Positions 12,101 through 25,587 of a stretch of DNA of 64,000 nucleotides are shown here, piece by piece; the stretch's first letter is position 1; every line of letters starts with the position of its first letter. The translations under genes and the position numbers were made by a program. The notes beneath the pieces were generated by a model. The model was given only the letters and a program-made list of their open reading frames with translations, did not search any database and was not told where the DNA came from. Source of the stretch: Aplysia californica (lineage: Eukaryota); the NCBI RefSeq assembly GCF_000002075.1, contig NW_004797274.1:1096433-1160432 (forward strand), given 5' to 3'.

Positions 12101-15100
12101 AGGTGAAGGTTATTTTTACTTGAAATTGAAACAAATTTCCAACCCAACTCCCACAGAGTAAACATGGTCTACAGAACATTTGCATCCTCAGTATTAGTAT
12201 TGCTAGCAACAACAAAAAAAGAGGAACTAACAAAAAATTTGAATCAGAAATATATGTGCTTTTTGACTTCATTAGGTAAACAAAATACCCATGTTAGACC
12301 AAGGAAAACAAGCCAACATTGCAAGGTACACAAGGGACATAACTCCGGCGCACTTGGTAGTTGCTGGTTATGCCCCTTTGAGTGGACATTGAAGACGTAA
12401 ATGAACAGGTACTCTGAACAAGGGAACAAGAGCAGACGTTTTCCCACTCTCTAATATTGCTCAGAGCTACGCGGAACAAGGGAGCAAGGGCCAGCGTTTT
12501 CCCACTCTCTAATCGCTGAATCAGCCAACATATCTGGCTCCAAAGTGAGAACAAATTAAAAAATGAAAACCTGTATAGAGTTTTTCATTTTCACATGAGA
12601 AAAAGAGTATCTGAGCTCTTTTTTCTACTCGTTTTTTCCAGGGTTTGGACTGAATCTATTTCCGGGGGCATAAATATTATTCAGTCGCAACAAAAAATAC
12701 CCATCACTTCAAAAGTATTTGGGAGTGGAAATCTTGATTTTGACATCAAAAGAAAGGAACATAAAAGGACAATTACAATATGAACAAAGCACATAGATTT
12801 TACAAAAGAAAAATATGGTGTTGACTGTCAATAAAAGAAAACCGTCAAAATTTGTTTATGAAAATAACAGTTTTTTCTACTCACTACAGAAGTACAATTG
12901 TTTATGTAGTTGCTGTTCATATATTCTGCATAGATGGGCAAAGTATGTTGATGGTTCACATTGCGACAGCTGAGATTATCTATGAAATTATCTCTGCTGG
13001 ACTAAGATTCAGTGCTTTCAATGTGATGATTTACATGAAAACTGAAAACATAAGGATTAATTTGAGCCCAAATTCATTACAGTTAATGCCCATGTCTCGT
13101 AAGATAAGTCTCAATTTGCACCCACTCCTATTTTCACGACTGGATTTCAGTGCTTTCAAAAATACAAAACCCTGCTGAGCTCAAAAACTTGCAAACTACG
13201 ATAAGGCATGCATGAAGATCCCAAACTTGTTCCTATGCATGCATATTCTTTGTACTTGAAACATGCACATAGCGAAATTTGTACATAACGGAAAGATTTC
13301 TGCATCCTGCTGATTGCTCTATTGTGCTTGCTACGCTGTATAGTAAACGTACCAAGATGGACAGATCAAAGCGCTGCTCCACTGGAATGCACCACTGAGT
13401 GCCAGTCAAACACCTCACGATGGCTTCCATCAGGGAAGTTTCTTCTGACTCTTTAAAGTTACCGAGCTCTGGAGAAAGAGAGAGAGAGAGAATGACCTCA
13501 TTAAAAGTAATTAGAGGCACAGATACAAAACAAGAGTATCGAGCAAAGTTCATCCATTACCTTGCATTTGGATTTTATATTTTTTTATTCAAATTTTCAT
13601 AACAAATTCAATAGCAAAGGGGTCACAATATGAAATACCTCTGAGCATTGGTTTTCAACCATGTACTTCATTGATATAGTCAAAATTGTCTAAGATGGCC
13701 ACCCACTGTCAAGGAGAAAAGTTGTTGTCTTAGGACAGATGGACGTTTTACATAGTGTCATTATAAAGTAGAAAAAAAAATACAAGGGGGGAAAGGAATG
13801 GGATGTCGACCTTTGTCCGGGGGATTGTCTTATACAGCCGGCCGTTTAACAGGTTCGACCATCTTTGCTTTAAAAAAAAAAAAAATTTGTTCTATATAAA
13901 TTATGGGACAATATTCAAACAGGTACATACTGCGTTCATGTGTAATGTTGAGCAGCACCCTCAGAACTGCCAGCATGCACGTGAGGATAGTGTATCCAGG
14001 CAGATCCTTCACAGCCTTGTCCTCCTCTGGATTTTCTAGCACTTTGTACTCGCCCATATGTCGTTGACACAAGCGCAGAGTTCTGATAAGCGATAGAAAC
14101 AAAAAGGCACTGAACAAAAAGTAGACCTGCATGTGAGCCTCAACTAGATTGTCTGAAAATTTTGCGCACCCCCCCCCCCCCCTCCCCCCATAACTTATAA
14201 CAGCTTTTAAATTGTGGGTGTCATAAAGGGAAGGACTTCCGGGTAACGAGCCACCACCCAAACAAACATAATAAAGAAGAGACCTAACCCTAACCCAAAC
14301 CCTACCCCAAAAAAGAACCTGTAACGGCCCTCATGTAAAAAGGCCAGCACAAGTAAAAAAAAACAAAAAAGCACACTCCAAAACAAACAAGGAGCAAAAT
14401 AATATTATGGCCTACATCGCTATAAAGAGTTTGATACAATAATACAAAAGAATTGGAATATATATGAATCCTCCATATAGATCTATTTATATTATAGATC
14501 TAGTGATCTAAATAAATTTTCTAGATCTAGATCTAGTAGAACAAGTGAATAGGAATAGGCCTTGAACGAGAAATCCGCATCCGATTTCAAACAGAGGGAC
14601 TCAGCTGAGTCTAGATTAGATCTTTATTCTAAGTAAATAATTCATGCACCTGATAAAATGCGTTTTACCAACATTAATATTACAGCACAACCTAAAATAG
14701 GGTTTGACACAATAGAATTGGAATATGAATCCTCCATTGAGGTCTATAATGATCTATAAATCTAGATCTAGAGTAGAACAAGTGAGTCGGACTTGAAAGA
14801 ATCCACACGATCTGAACAATCAGTAAACAAACGAAATTCAAAATGGCCGCTCGAGCACGAAACTGAAAGTAGATAACTTAGGTCGTCATATTTCGTATTC
14901 GTATTTCTACTCAGGTTCCGACAATTATGTCGGAAACGCCGACGTCAGCAGTCGGCACAAAAATGAAAGGGCCGACAAAGCCGACAGGAGAAAAAGGGGG
15001 CGCTGGCAGTCGGCCAGGCCTCACACTTCGCACATTGAATGGTACAGGTGGGCCTCGATTGTCGGATTTCAGACGATTGTCGGCAAACATGCAGGTCTAA

Positions 15101-18100
15101 AAAAGGAAAATCTTTTTTTTTTTCTTTTTAAACATCTTTTTACCATCACAAAGTTTTCCCCACAATTCAGGTACGAAGTACAAAATAAATAAAAGGACCT
15201 GGGCTATTCAAGGCCCACAGAGTAACTTCTCGGCTATTTATTCACACAAACTCACTCCTACCAACATATAATTACACCCCAAAACAAATAGATGCACATA
15301 AAACAAAACAACAAAAAAACACCGAAAACCCCCCCCAAAAAACATCCCATGTTATGACAGGCATGTACCATAACCAATGCAAAGCCAGTAAAATGTTTTC
15401 AAATACTAACCGGCTGCAGGATGATAACAAAGAGGCTTGTTTGTAAGAGATCAAGTAGTTCTGATTGTCTTCATTCTGTAAGCTTATCTGAAATAAGAGA
15501 AAACAATGCATTAATATATTATATCAAAAGGACAATGGTGTTTGTTTTAGCAAGAGTTTTACGGCACTTGCAACACAATAAGTTCATATAAGTGCTGAAG
15601 ATTAGAGGTGTTACAAGAGAGTAACAAACACAACAACAAAAAAAGGAGGAGAGATCAGGATGACAGATGTTTGGTAGGAAAGAAGGAGCAAACCACACCA
15701 GAGCACCCGCCAACCACCTTCTGGGCATTGGTACAAACATGTTCTTTTACTATGAACACTTTTGAACTGCTTTGATTCACAAATTCATTGACCTTGTGGA
15801 AACATCAAAACAAACATAGTTTCCATTTCAACTAGTATACCGAGACAAACTGATTAAGTCATAAGCCCTATGCTGCTAAATAGTTTTAAGAAAGTAAAGA
15901 AAAATGACAGACAGTGAAACAATTCAGATCTAATAGATAATCATTTTTTTAAAATTAGCACAAATTATTCCCCAACTTAATGGACATCCAACAACTGCAA
16001 GACAAAACAAGCAAAACTTATTGAAGAAGTCTTCTTCCCGCTGCATATTTCTGTTCTTAACAAGCAGTACTTACATTTTCTAGCACACGCAAACACCTAT
16101 CCAGTTTGCGGAGGATAGGCAAAACCTTGTAAATATCTTTTGACATATTCTCTGGAAGACTTTTCTCACATGCAGCCACTGAAACAACAAAGGAAAACTT
16201 AGAACTCATGTGGGATGAAAAGAAAAGTAATAATAATACTATTAATAAAATATCACTTTCCTGGTGTTTACAACTGCTGGCTACATTCAAATAGATTCAA
16301 AGTGGAAAACACTACTCATAACTTCAACATAATCAAGCCTAGAAAACATGCTTAACACTTTCTAAAGAAGGATCAAATGTTTGAGCAAGACAGAGAAGGA
16401 CAGACACCATAATAAGTGCCAGCAGACTGGAAAAATTGCCAGAACTTTTACAAAAGTCATTACAAAAAAAGTGAGACATCATACACATCCATCAGTTGTC
16501 CCAGCATGTGAGACATGTATTTACTAAAGTCCTGTCTTGTTAGGCGAATGCGTGAGTGTACCTAACCTTTGTAATGTCTACTGCCATTGTTAACGACCAA
16601 GACAAATTTCTCCCTGTGAGATGAATAAAGTTTGTCATTGTCATTTAAGACATAGAGAGCTCTGAAAAAAGCCCTCTCTAGATCATGAACCAACCAAAGA
16701 AAAATTAACAATATCATACTTCCATAAACAAAAATGTAAACCAAAATTCACATTATAATTTTATTAAACGACATGACAAGCCATATTATTCCTTACACGT
16801 TCTTTGCAAGTATTGGAAGCTTTATGGATCTCTAATTTTTGTTTGTTTTTAAACCCAAAAGAATAATTTGACTCTCACTCTTAAACCATCACCTACCAGA
16901 GTCAACAATGTGATCTAATCCACCAACCGACCGCAACTCTTCTTTGAACCACTCCCCAGCCCTCCGAGAGGTTAAACTGAGAAGTGACTCCATAGCTAAG
17001 TTGCCAGTCTGAAAAAGAGACAGGGTAAACATTTTTAATTAAATAAAGCCAACCTTAAAACAAGATGTGAGTACCTGATCACTCATCAGCATCTCAGGTT
17101 AAAAACATTCCAACAGACAAAATAAAATGTTTCCTAAATAGTGGAGGAACAGAAGAGATCAGGGATACTTTCAGACCTTCAACTTTTTAACATCATTCCC
17201 ACAAGCATAGAACAAAAAGCCCAATGGGTATTCAATTGATTTGCATACATGACATAACAGAAACTCTGAGAGGCCCAGAACAAAATTCGAGACAGAGCAA
17301 AGGCAAAATTAACGCCATTACACATCTATAGGAAACGTCTCATTGAACTGTTAAAATTATGTTGACCCTAAAAACTGTTAGCTTTCTTACTGAAAATGTG
17401 TTGAAGGGCTTGCCATAATTCAACTTGTATTACTTAAGCCAGAAATTGTTGGCACTCCACTCCAATGCTATTTTTAAGGCTGTTTTTTTGACAGACCAAC
17501 CTATCCTACCACATTTAACACCACTGATACACAAACAAGTAAAAGAATTGCCATATATGGAAAAAAGCTTACCGATACAAAACCAAGGTCAATTTCTCTT
17601 GCATTTGTCTCCTGCTGAAGCTGCGCCAACAGCTCCTGAACACGTTGCTTTGTCTTTTCAAGCTCCCTCAAGCTGGAAGCATCCACCGAGGACTTGTCCG
17701 CAGCGTCCACTTCGTTGAGCCTCAGCATCAGATTGAGGCTCTCTTGGTCCAGGTCCATATTTAGGCGATCACGACTCAACATGAACATCATGGCGGAGGT
17801 ACTCAAGGCGAGACTCTGGGAAAAAAACCCCAAGGATGTCAATAAGTCTAGACACTCTGATGAATATATATATAAATGAAGTCAATTTTTAAAACAATAA
17901 AACACATTGTTCATATGTATATTAAAGAATAATGTTGTAGTCGTTTATTAATATAATCTCTCAAATCAACAAGAGACAAAGATGAAGAAAACAACCGACA
18001 CCACTTAATTATCTTCACATATTACTTACTGGATCAGTACAGGCATCGTGAAGCAAACTGAAAATTTTGGTAACAGTTCCATGAGCTCTGATATGCATAC

Positions 18101-21100
18101 GGAATGCAGGCATAATACACTTGCCAGCAAGCTTTAGGCAACTGAAAAAGAAAAAGAAAACATGCCATGAACATGAGTATTACAGACGAGTCAGTGGATT
18201 AACATACAGGACTATGCAGAGTTAAATCACAATGTCACCCTCCTCCCCAGCAGAACAAATCAAGGCCAGTTCACCTGGCATAAACAAAGTTTCACAGAGT
18301 GAAAATAAATCTACAGCATCCACATAGTGTCATGGCATCAAAGTAATTCCTACCATGCAACACTTCTTTAACAGACATAAGAAATCTTAGAGTCACAAAA
18401 CAGCTCTCCAGACTTGGCAATTCTAAAAGAAAAAAGTGTTCATGTTTTAGTACTTTTAAACTGACATCTAAAGAAGGGACACCACTAGAAATTAATTGAA
18501 CACACACAAAAAAGTTACTTCTGTAAAGTTCCACAACAGGGTCTAAAGATGCAACTGATGCACAAGATGTCTTCTTCTACTCGAATTTCACTTAACAAAA
18601 TTTTAACTTTTGCACTGATCAACGATTCACAGAGAGCAAAATCATACTTTGCTTAATGGACTCAATACTATATCACAAGACTGTCACAAAAAGTCCTGCA
18701 GACACAACCCAATATAAAGGATAAGATAACATTTAATTGATCCCCACAAAGAGAAATTTGCTGCAGCATGATTAATACATACAAGCACATGCTCACATCA
18801 ACACACATATACTTATATACAAAGAACCACATAAACAAATAATCACTAGATGAACATACAAAATGATGTTACTCTAGCACAGATGACAATGACTGAATAT
18901 CTTGCAGTGATGACGGTATGAATGAATCTTTATACCTGCTGATTCTTGCTTTAAGAAAATAAAACGTTTACTTTTAACAGATGATTGGTACTCTGAATTG
19001 GATGGGTGTTTGGTGCCAGCAGTGATCTTCTTTGCTGTTATCACAACACTGATACTGTAAAGCTCAAGGAAAGAGTGGAGTGAACTATCAATAACTTTAA
19101 CAGCTCTCCTAAAAACTCTGCCCCAAATGCAACTGACGTTGTTTAGAAATTTTACCACCGTAACACAAAATTACGAAAGTAATTAAGCCAATGGATACAC
19201 CCACCTAAGGCAACGGATAGAGGTGGACTTAGTGTCCTGCAGACTGTCCAGGAGGTAATCGACGTCGTCCATGAAATCCTGAGTCTCCCCCAGCTCCTGC
19301 ACTTCATGAGTCTGCTTAACATTGTGGACAACGGTGTACAGCTGAAAAAGGAAGAGCGAATGGGAGGCATAAATTACATATTTAAAAAAAGTTTTAGTAA
19401 GAGTTTTGCGGCACTTGCAACGCAATAAGGTCATATAAGTGCCGAAGATTAGACAGTATGATTAGAAGTGTTGCAAGAGAGTAACAAACATAAAAAAGGA
19501 GGGGAGATAGAGACGATCTATTTTTTATAGGAAAGAAGGAGCAAACCACACCAGAGCACCCGCCAACCACCTAAACATATTTTGAAGCGTGGTATCAATC
19601 AAGAAGCTAAAAACAACAGAGGGTCAAACCTGAGAATACAAAACTGGCCATGGTCACATGACTTCAAAAATGAAGTCTTTGGTGTCGAGGTTGAGGGAGG
19701 TTAATGACGACCACTATGAACTAATCAAAATCAATGAAATTAAAAATTGAACCAAGATCAACAATTCAACCCACAAACTGCCAGGCCCAAAATTGCTTTG
19801 GGCTTTTTGGTAGGATAGGGTAACACAGAAGCTTTGGTAGTGAAAGGACTAAACGGACAGAGGATATAATCCAACTAAGCAAATTCACTAATCAAAGACC
19901 ACTGTGACAGCATCAAAGGACGTTCATTTTTTAATTTGTGTATATTACTTTGTTATTTGTATGTGCTCATTTCGTAATAATGTGTGAGCATGCGCGTGTG
20001 ATAAGCAAGTAGGAGTGTGCGTGTGTGCATGTGTTTGGCGTACATGTACATGTGAGTGGGAATATTGTTCCTAAAAACATTTATGTAAAGCGCCTAGAGC
20101 TGTGTTCACACGGGAGTGGGCGCTCTAGAAATTATCTTCATTATTATTATTACTATAAATGAATAGCAATAATTTCCATTCAACGATACACATGTATGTG
20201 CTAGTAAACTAATAAACACACAAACATTACAGAAACAAAAAGATAATTTTTCTTGGTCAACACGTAATTCATCTCACTCACTTCTTTGTGTGTCTTGCTG
20301 ACTCGCAGCGACGTATACGCCTCATCAAACTTGGTCTCTGGCCAATGCACTTCTCTTTTCAACTGAGACTTATTCAAATTTTTCACCAGAACAATGTCGT
20401 CATCATCTGTCTTATTATTCCTTTTGCTGCCTTTGGGAACTGGTCCCTGTGATGAGAAAAAAATTTGAAAAATGAATGAGGGATGGGTTTACTTTTAATA
20501 AGAATTACAGCACTTGCAGCACAATTAGTGTCATACCCATACGCAGACCTAGAGAATGTGCTTGAGACTAGCAGAGAAAGCAAACAATCATCAATGCATA
20601 AATGCAATAACAGATCAACATAGGAGCACGAAGAAAATATATTTATTTTCTTTCATGCTATAGGTTAGTCAATTTTCCAGAACATTTCAGAACACAACAG
20701 CACATTAAGATTCAGATCTAGTCTTTCCAGGACTTCAGCCCATATATGAATACAAAAGTACAAGATTTTTTCTATGAATCATGAAGTATATTCTTTCAAA
20801 CACTATACTTTTCATAGTTTTCATCGAGAAATAGTCATACCTCTGCTTTAACCACCACTTCTCCAAGACAATCATCGTACAAACGACCCCCCCCCCCCCA
20901 CACACACACCCACACATTCCTTTTTTACATGACACTGGCCAAGACAACCACCTGTCTAGGACAGATTCTATTATTACTTTATGTAAGTAAATATTCTAAC
21001 CCAAAAGACAGTTAGTTAAGTTAACAAGATAAGCAGTGTACAGCATAGTCACAGAACATGAAACTTACCTCTTTTTCTCCATCTCTTTCAGAATCATTGT

Positions 21101-24100
21101 TCCAAGACCGAGCATTGTATGTAGCTTTTGCTGGAGACTAAAGACAAAACAATATTTTCTTAAGCAAACACAAGTGTCTCATCAAAAAGAAAACAACAAT
21201 AACAGATAATCAAATCATATCACTTCTTTGGACAAGACCAAAAAAAAAAAAGAAAAAGAAAAATACAGAATAAAACAAAGTATTTTAAAGAAACCTATAA
21301 AAGCCTTGAGCGTAGCAGAAACCTTCCATAGAAAACGTAAGAAACATTTTACATTTGTGTCCTGAAGGAAACCACATAAGATCTAAATATACAATTTATG
21401 CATTCCATACAGCAATGTTCAATACACAACAACAGAGTTAGAAATAACCAGAAAAAAGAAAGCAAAGGTTATTTTTATTTAAAATTTATATGCTATAGAT
21501 CGAGACCAATAAAAAAAAAAAGAAAGAACAGTTAAATTATTAGCATTGAGAGAAGAAATACTAAATATAGTTTGGTATTGATTTTTAAGTCCCTTGCTAG
21601 ATGTAAGCATACTGTAATGATTTAATTTAATCATAATCAGACAGCCACTGTAACAAAAAGTATGGATACCTTGCGGGCTTTGGTGCTGGGGGGAACTGAG
21701 CACTTAAGGACCTGTCCGGTGTGCAATGACGTTGTTGCCCAGGACAGGACAGGTAGGATTTAATTTAGTATAATTAACCTGAGACTTACAAACATTCGTC
21801 AAAATAATCAAAATGGTGCCATTTATTTGTGTGCTGATCTTGGCAACTTCAAATGGAAATGAACGAACTTAAATGCTGTTCCCTTCCTGGCCTGTCTAGG
21901 GATTAAAGGCGAAATGGCACTTTTGCAACATATGTGTACTTTTGTAAGATGACCTGCAGAACACTGTTTATGAATTTGAACTTCTGCCTAACCGGTAATT
22001 CACGAATGTCTATTATGCAAAAATTTTCTTAAGACTTCAGAAAAATCAAAAACTCAAGAAACAATAGAGGCAAAAACTTTCATCTTTAGCACGCCAAGGA
22101 TTATGATTCAAGGTAGATATGATTTTAAGCCCACAATGTTAAGAATAAAACTTTAATTAAACCTTTGCAGTCCATGTACAATCACTGGCCTTGAGCAAAG
22201 GCAACTGTCATAGAATGAGTTACTGAATGAAAATGTACAGTATGTGAAGGAATGTAATTGTGCGGGATGCTTGAAAAAATTCATACAAGAAGGTACTGTT
22301 GTGAGTGCTTAAATTCGACAAGGATATGAAGGAAAAAAAGCTGTAACACTTTTTATACTCACAGTGCACATGAAACTTTTTTTTATGGCAAACAAAAAAT
22401 GAGGAGGCCATCTGAAATATTTTTGCAGAGTATGGCGTGCACCTTATCACATATGCCTAGTAACAATCAGATTTTGTCTTTTATCCCATAACATGAAATA
22501 GGTGGCGCCAAAGCCTGACTGGGCCATGCACTAAGAAACCAATGTGGAAAAGACAAATGAAGTACATTACGTGGGACATTTTCATCTATAAAGGTCTCGA
22601 ACATCTAATCCTCACTGAAAAAATAGAAGACAAAACAGGCAGGGGTAAATCAAGAACAACTTACTCTTAAGAGCATTTGAACAGACATGACAGAAAGACC
22701 AGGATAACAACATCATTTTGATAGAGTATCCAGGGAAAGAAATTAATGACCAGCCATGATTGCTGATGATGACCTCTAAATATTGATTTTGATACTAGTA
22801 CTCTAATAAATGAATGGTACAAAGTGAAGATGCTTACCTTCTGAGGACTTCCACTAAAAATTTTCCTCTGTAAATCTGACCCAGATGACGACGACTTTTT
22901 ACTCTTGAAAAATCTACGGACAGCTCCAACATTAGATGCCTCTTTCTGGCTGTTCTCCTCCGCTGTAGACTGACTATTGGATGGGGACTCCTGGGACTGA
23001 AAGTTTTCTGAACACTCTGACACATTATCTGGCTCAGTGGAATCAGATTCGTTGCCCTTTTCCATATTCCTGAGACGAGCAGCCAGAGACTCTCTGGCGG
23101 CTGCTGGATTGATAGGTTTTACGTTGGACGAATCGTCCTCAACGTCTCCTGCACCAATTTCACCACTGTCTGCACACTGTGATGAATCTTCTGGAGTGAA
23201 AGAGGGAGACTTTTCTTCAGCTTCACCAGTGTCCATACTTTCTTCTTCAAACGGCTCTTCCTCAATTTTTTCGTTATTTTCAGAGGCAACCTGCTCTGAG
23301 CTTTCGCTTTCAACAGCCTGATCACTGCTAGGCAATGGACTCTCCTCCAATTCATCTTTGAAAACTGGGGGTTTCAATTCGTCTTCCACCACTGGGGCAG
23401 GGGCAGGGGCACGAGATTTGAATATTCTATACCGTTTCCCGGTCTTCCCTGAGGACCCGTCGCCTTGAGAGTTATTATCACTAGATGCAGCCGAGGTAGT
23501 CGTCCCGGACTGAGCAGACCCCCAGTCAGCGTCAGAGGTTCTACCTCGTGTGCCGCGCTTCACTGGGGACACTGGGGAGGAGGAGGATGTGAGGCTGCTG
23601 GTGCTGCCGGGGGTGGAAGGAGAGCCTTCGACGTGTGCTGCAACACTAGGTGTGGCTTTCAGGCGAGCGCTGCTGCGAGTGGGCACAGCATCAGAGTTTG
23701 GCGTTGAGGACTCTGAGGCTTCACCGTTCCCATTCTCCCCGCTGACAACAGTTTCTTGGGAGGACGCAGAATCAGGAGCTACAGGAACAACAATGCCTTT
23801 AGTACTTTTAGCGTTCTTGGTAAAATATTTGGTTTGAACTTCTCCTTTCTCTAGTTGAGCTTTGGGCTTGCAAACAACAACCAAAGTGGTGCCCTGGTCT
23901 TCATTGGCCACTTCTTTCTTAGACACCACCATACTGTTGTTTAGGCCGCCTGTCGAGGTATCGGGTTTCCCTTTCAGCTGCTGAGCAGCATAGTTTCTCT
24001 TATATTCTTCTATCAAGTCAGGATCAGTCACAGTCAGAGGTTTTCTACCTCTCGGACCGCCCTTGCGCTTATAGCTAGACTTCCTGGGTGGGGGAGAATC

Positions 24101-24748
24101 CGGTTTGTCCACTGGGGTCACTACTTCACCAGAGTAAGTTTTCAGAGGATCCCTCTTGAACTGAACAGGGAAAATGTCATCATCATCATCTTCTTCCTTG
24201 TTCTTCATTTCCTTCTTAGGACTGAGGGTCGAAGGAAGAAAAACTTGCTCTCCTGAAGCAGTGACAGTGGTCTTTCCAACTTCCACAAACTGATCCATTA
24301 TCACGGGTTTTTTGGGAGTCGTCCTTGAGTATGTGCGGAATGCTGGTGCCTTTGTCGTCTCTCTCTCTTCAGCATTTTTCTCAAAGTTGGCATTTCCCTC
24401 CCCTTTTACAACAATCCTTGATGCTGGAAGGCGAGTGGTCTGACGAATATCGGGGGGAGGTGCAGAGTCTTTTTTCGTTGGGCTCTTTCTCTTATCCTCT
24501 GTTTCAAAGCTGAAGGGGTCTTCACCTTTACTTTCGAGTTTCATTTTCTTCACTTCTGAAGCCCCATCCGCAGAACCTCTTAAAGGAATATAGTTGGCAT
24601 TTCCCCATTTTGTGACGGACATGGCAGCTTTCACAGGAACAGTTTTGCTGTCCATTGCCTCATCAAATGCTCTACTGGCCACACTTTGCCTTGTGCGACT
24701 GTAAGTGCGGCCTTTAAATCGAGGGTGTGGTGGCTCCTCTTCACTCAT
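9136..24748 (-). CDS. WAPL: Wings apart-like (WAPL) cohesin release factor, 16 coding exons, ~1282 aa
   Basis: Manually spliced, all GT-AG and phase-consistent (3849 nt). Exons: 22838-24748, 21069-21137, 20282-20446, 19205-19341, 18030-18141, 17573-17815, 16897-17008, 16075-16178, 15411-15487, 13931-14082, 13353-13468, 11712-11846, 11058-11322, 10519-10607, 9882-9977, 9136-9201. WAPL hallmarks: N-terminal [106 protein letters not shown], ending RVIDVLESA*. Confidence 0.95.
10165..10260 (+). mobile_element. Decayed tRNA-like SINE head
   Basis: B box GGTTCGATTCC at ~10218-10228; no intact cloverleaf. Confidence 0.4.
11872..12030 (-). mobile_element. SINE-like family A copy
   Basis: Shares TTTTACGGCACTTGCAACAC...TTACAAAAGAGTAACAAAC...AGCAAA with the other copies. 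Confidence 0.8.
12416..12513. repeat. 58-bp period direct repeat (2 units) within a probable old DNA element
   Basis: GAACAAGGGA.CAAG.GC..CGTTTTCCCACTCTCTAAT twice. Confidence 0.75.
13678..13862. mobile_element. Degenerate Tc1/pogo-type MITE
   Basis: TAGTCAAAATTGTCTAAGATGGCC ... GGCCGTTTAACAGGTTCGAC imperfect TIRs. Related fragment at ~20830-20965. Confidence 0.5.
14122..15099. mobile_element. hAT-like non-autonomous element
   Basis: Perfect 13-bp TIR TAGACCTGCATGT/ACATGCAGGTCTA, many subterminal CCGAC/GTCGG motifs, internal duplication. TSD only partly matches (AAAAAG). Confidence 0.7.
15540..15719 (-). mobile_element. SINE-like family A copy
   Basis: Full-length match to the 41931-42107 copy. 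Confidence 0.85.
19390..19572 (-). mobile_element. SINE-like family A copy
   Basis: Full-length match; partial TSD ACATATTT. Confidence 0.85.
20075..20155 (+). mobile_element. L2/CR1-type LINE or SINE 3' tail
   Basis: TGTAAAGCGCCTAGAGC...GCGCTCTAGAAAT stem-loop followed by (ATT)n. Confidence 0.6.
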
Positions 24749-25347
24749 TGTGTTTGCAGTCTGAAATGAGACATAAGAAACTGCATCAGGACAGGTGATC
24801 ACTTATCATACAGAACACAAAAGCATACCTCTTTGTACAAATTACAATGTTAGAGATACAACACCAAAAAAAATGTAAAAGGACCTTCCGTAACCACTTA
24901 ATTTTAGTCCCCATTTACCAGTTTTCAAACACAAGTGGTCTAAATAATAACAAAGGAAAGGATCGCCTGTTGGACTTAGAAAACACAAAGGTAAGACTCT
25001 GAAGTCTGAAAAAATCTTAAAGTTAAAGCCATGAGATCCTGGTACTTATGCAATTAAAAGAAAGACAGACAACAGCTTTGAAAATGAAATAAATATATAA
25101 TATCTTTCTGAGACATGGCATGCTATTTGTATAAACTGAAAATTCTAATCCACACATGTAAGAGTACATAAAGAAACATAATTTAACAGTAACATTGTTG
25201 ATCCACACTATACTGAAAGTTAATACTACACTTGACCATAATCTAAGTCATTATAATTTTCTCTTTTTCTAAATTTGCTGCCTTCAAATGACACTTGCAG
25301 GCGGTAGATTTCTCTACTTCTTGCCAAAAGTTTTGACACAAACTTAA

Positions 25348-25587
25348 CCCTATCCGTACATCGTGTTTTACTATCGTATCCATACGACGTGGGGAACTCT
25401 GTGCCACCACTTTCCAAAGAGTAAATTTACTAGTTAATCCGATCCTTACGCTTTGCGTAGCAGTCTGTCAAAATAATTTTTTGAGAAATACTGAAAGTTT
25501 CAAAGAGACCTTCGTTCTAAAAGTATTCTAAAATGTGAAGAATACAACCTCGGGGGTACAAAATGACCCCAGGGCGTACGGATAGGG
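25348..25587 (+). mobile_element. piggyBac-like MITE (240 bp)
   Basis: TTAA|CCCTATCCGTAC ... GTACGGATAGGG|TTAA. Inverted copy at 37675-37912. Confidence 0.88.

Noticed and set aside
14283-14310. Telomere-like CCCTAA repeat
   Set aside because: Only ~4 degenerate units, inside a TE.
22667-22837. C-terminal extension of the 711-aa ORF (VSIFTLYH...) and its upstream MITCPDAV... start
   Set aside because: Read-through into introns: donor AAG|GTAAGC at 22837 and acceptor at 24760.
23037-23837. Antisense ORFs over WAPL and NOC2L coding sequence
   Set aside because: Shadow ORFs of real CDS.
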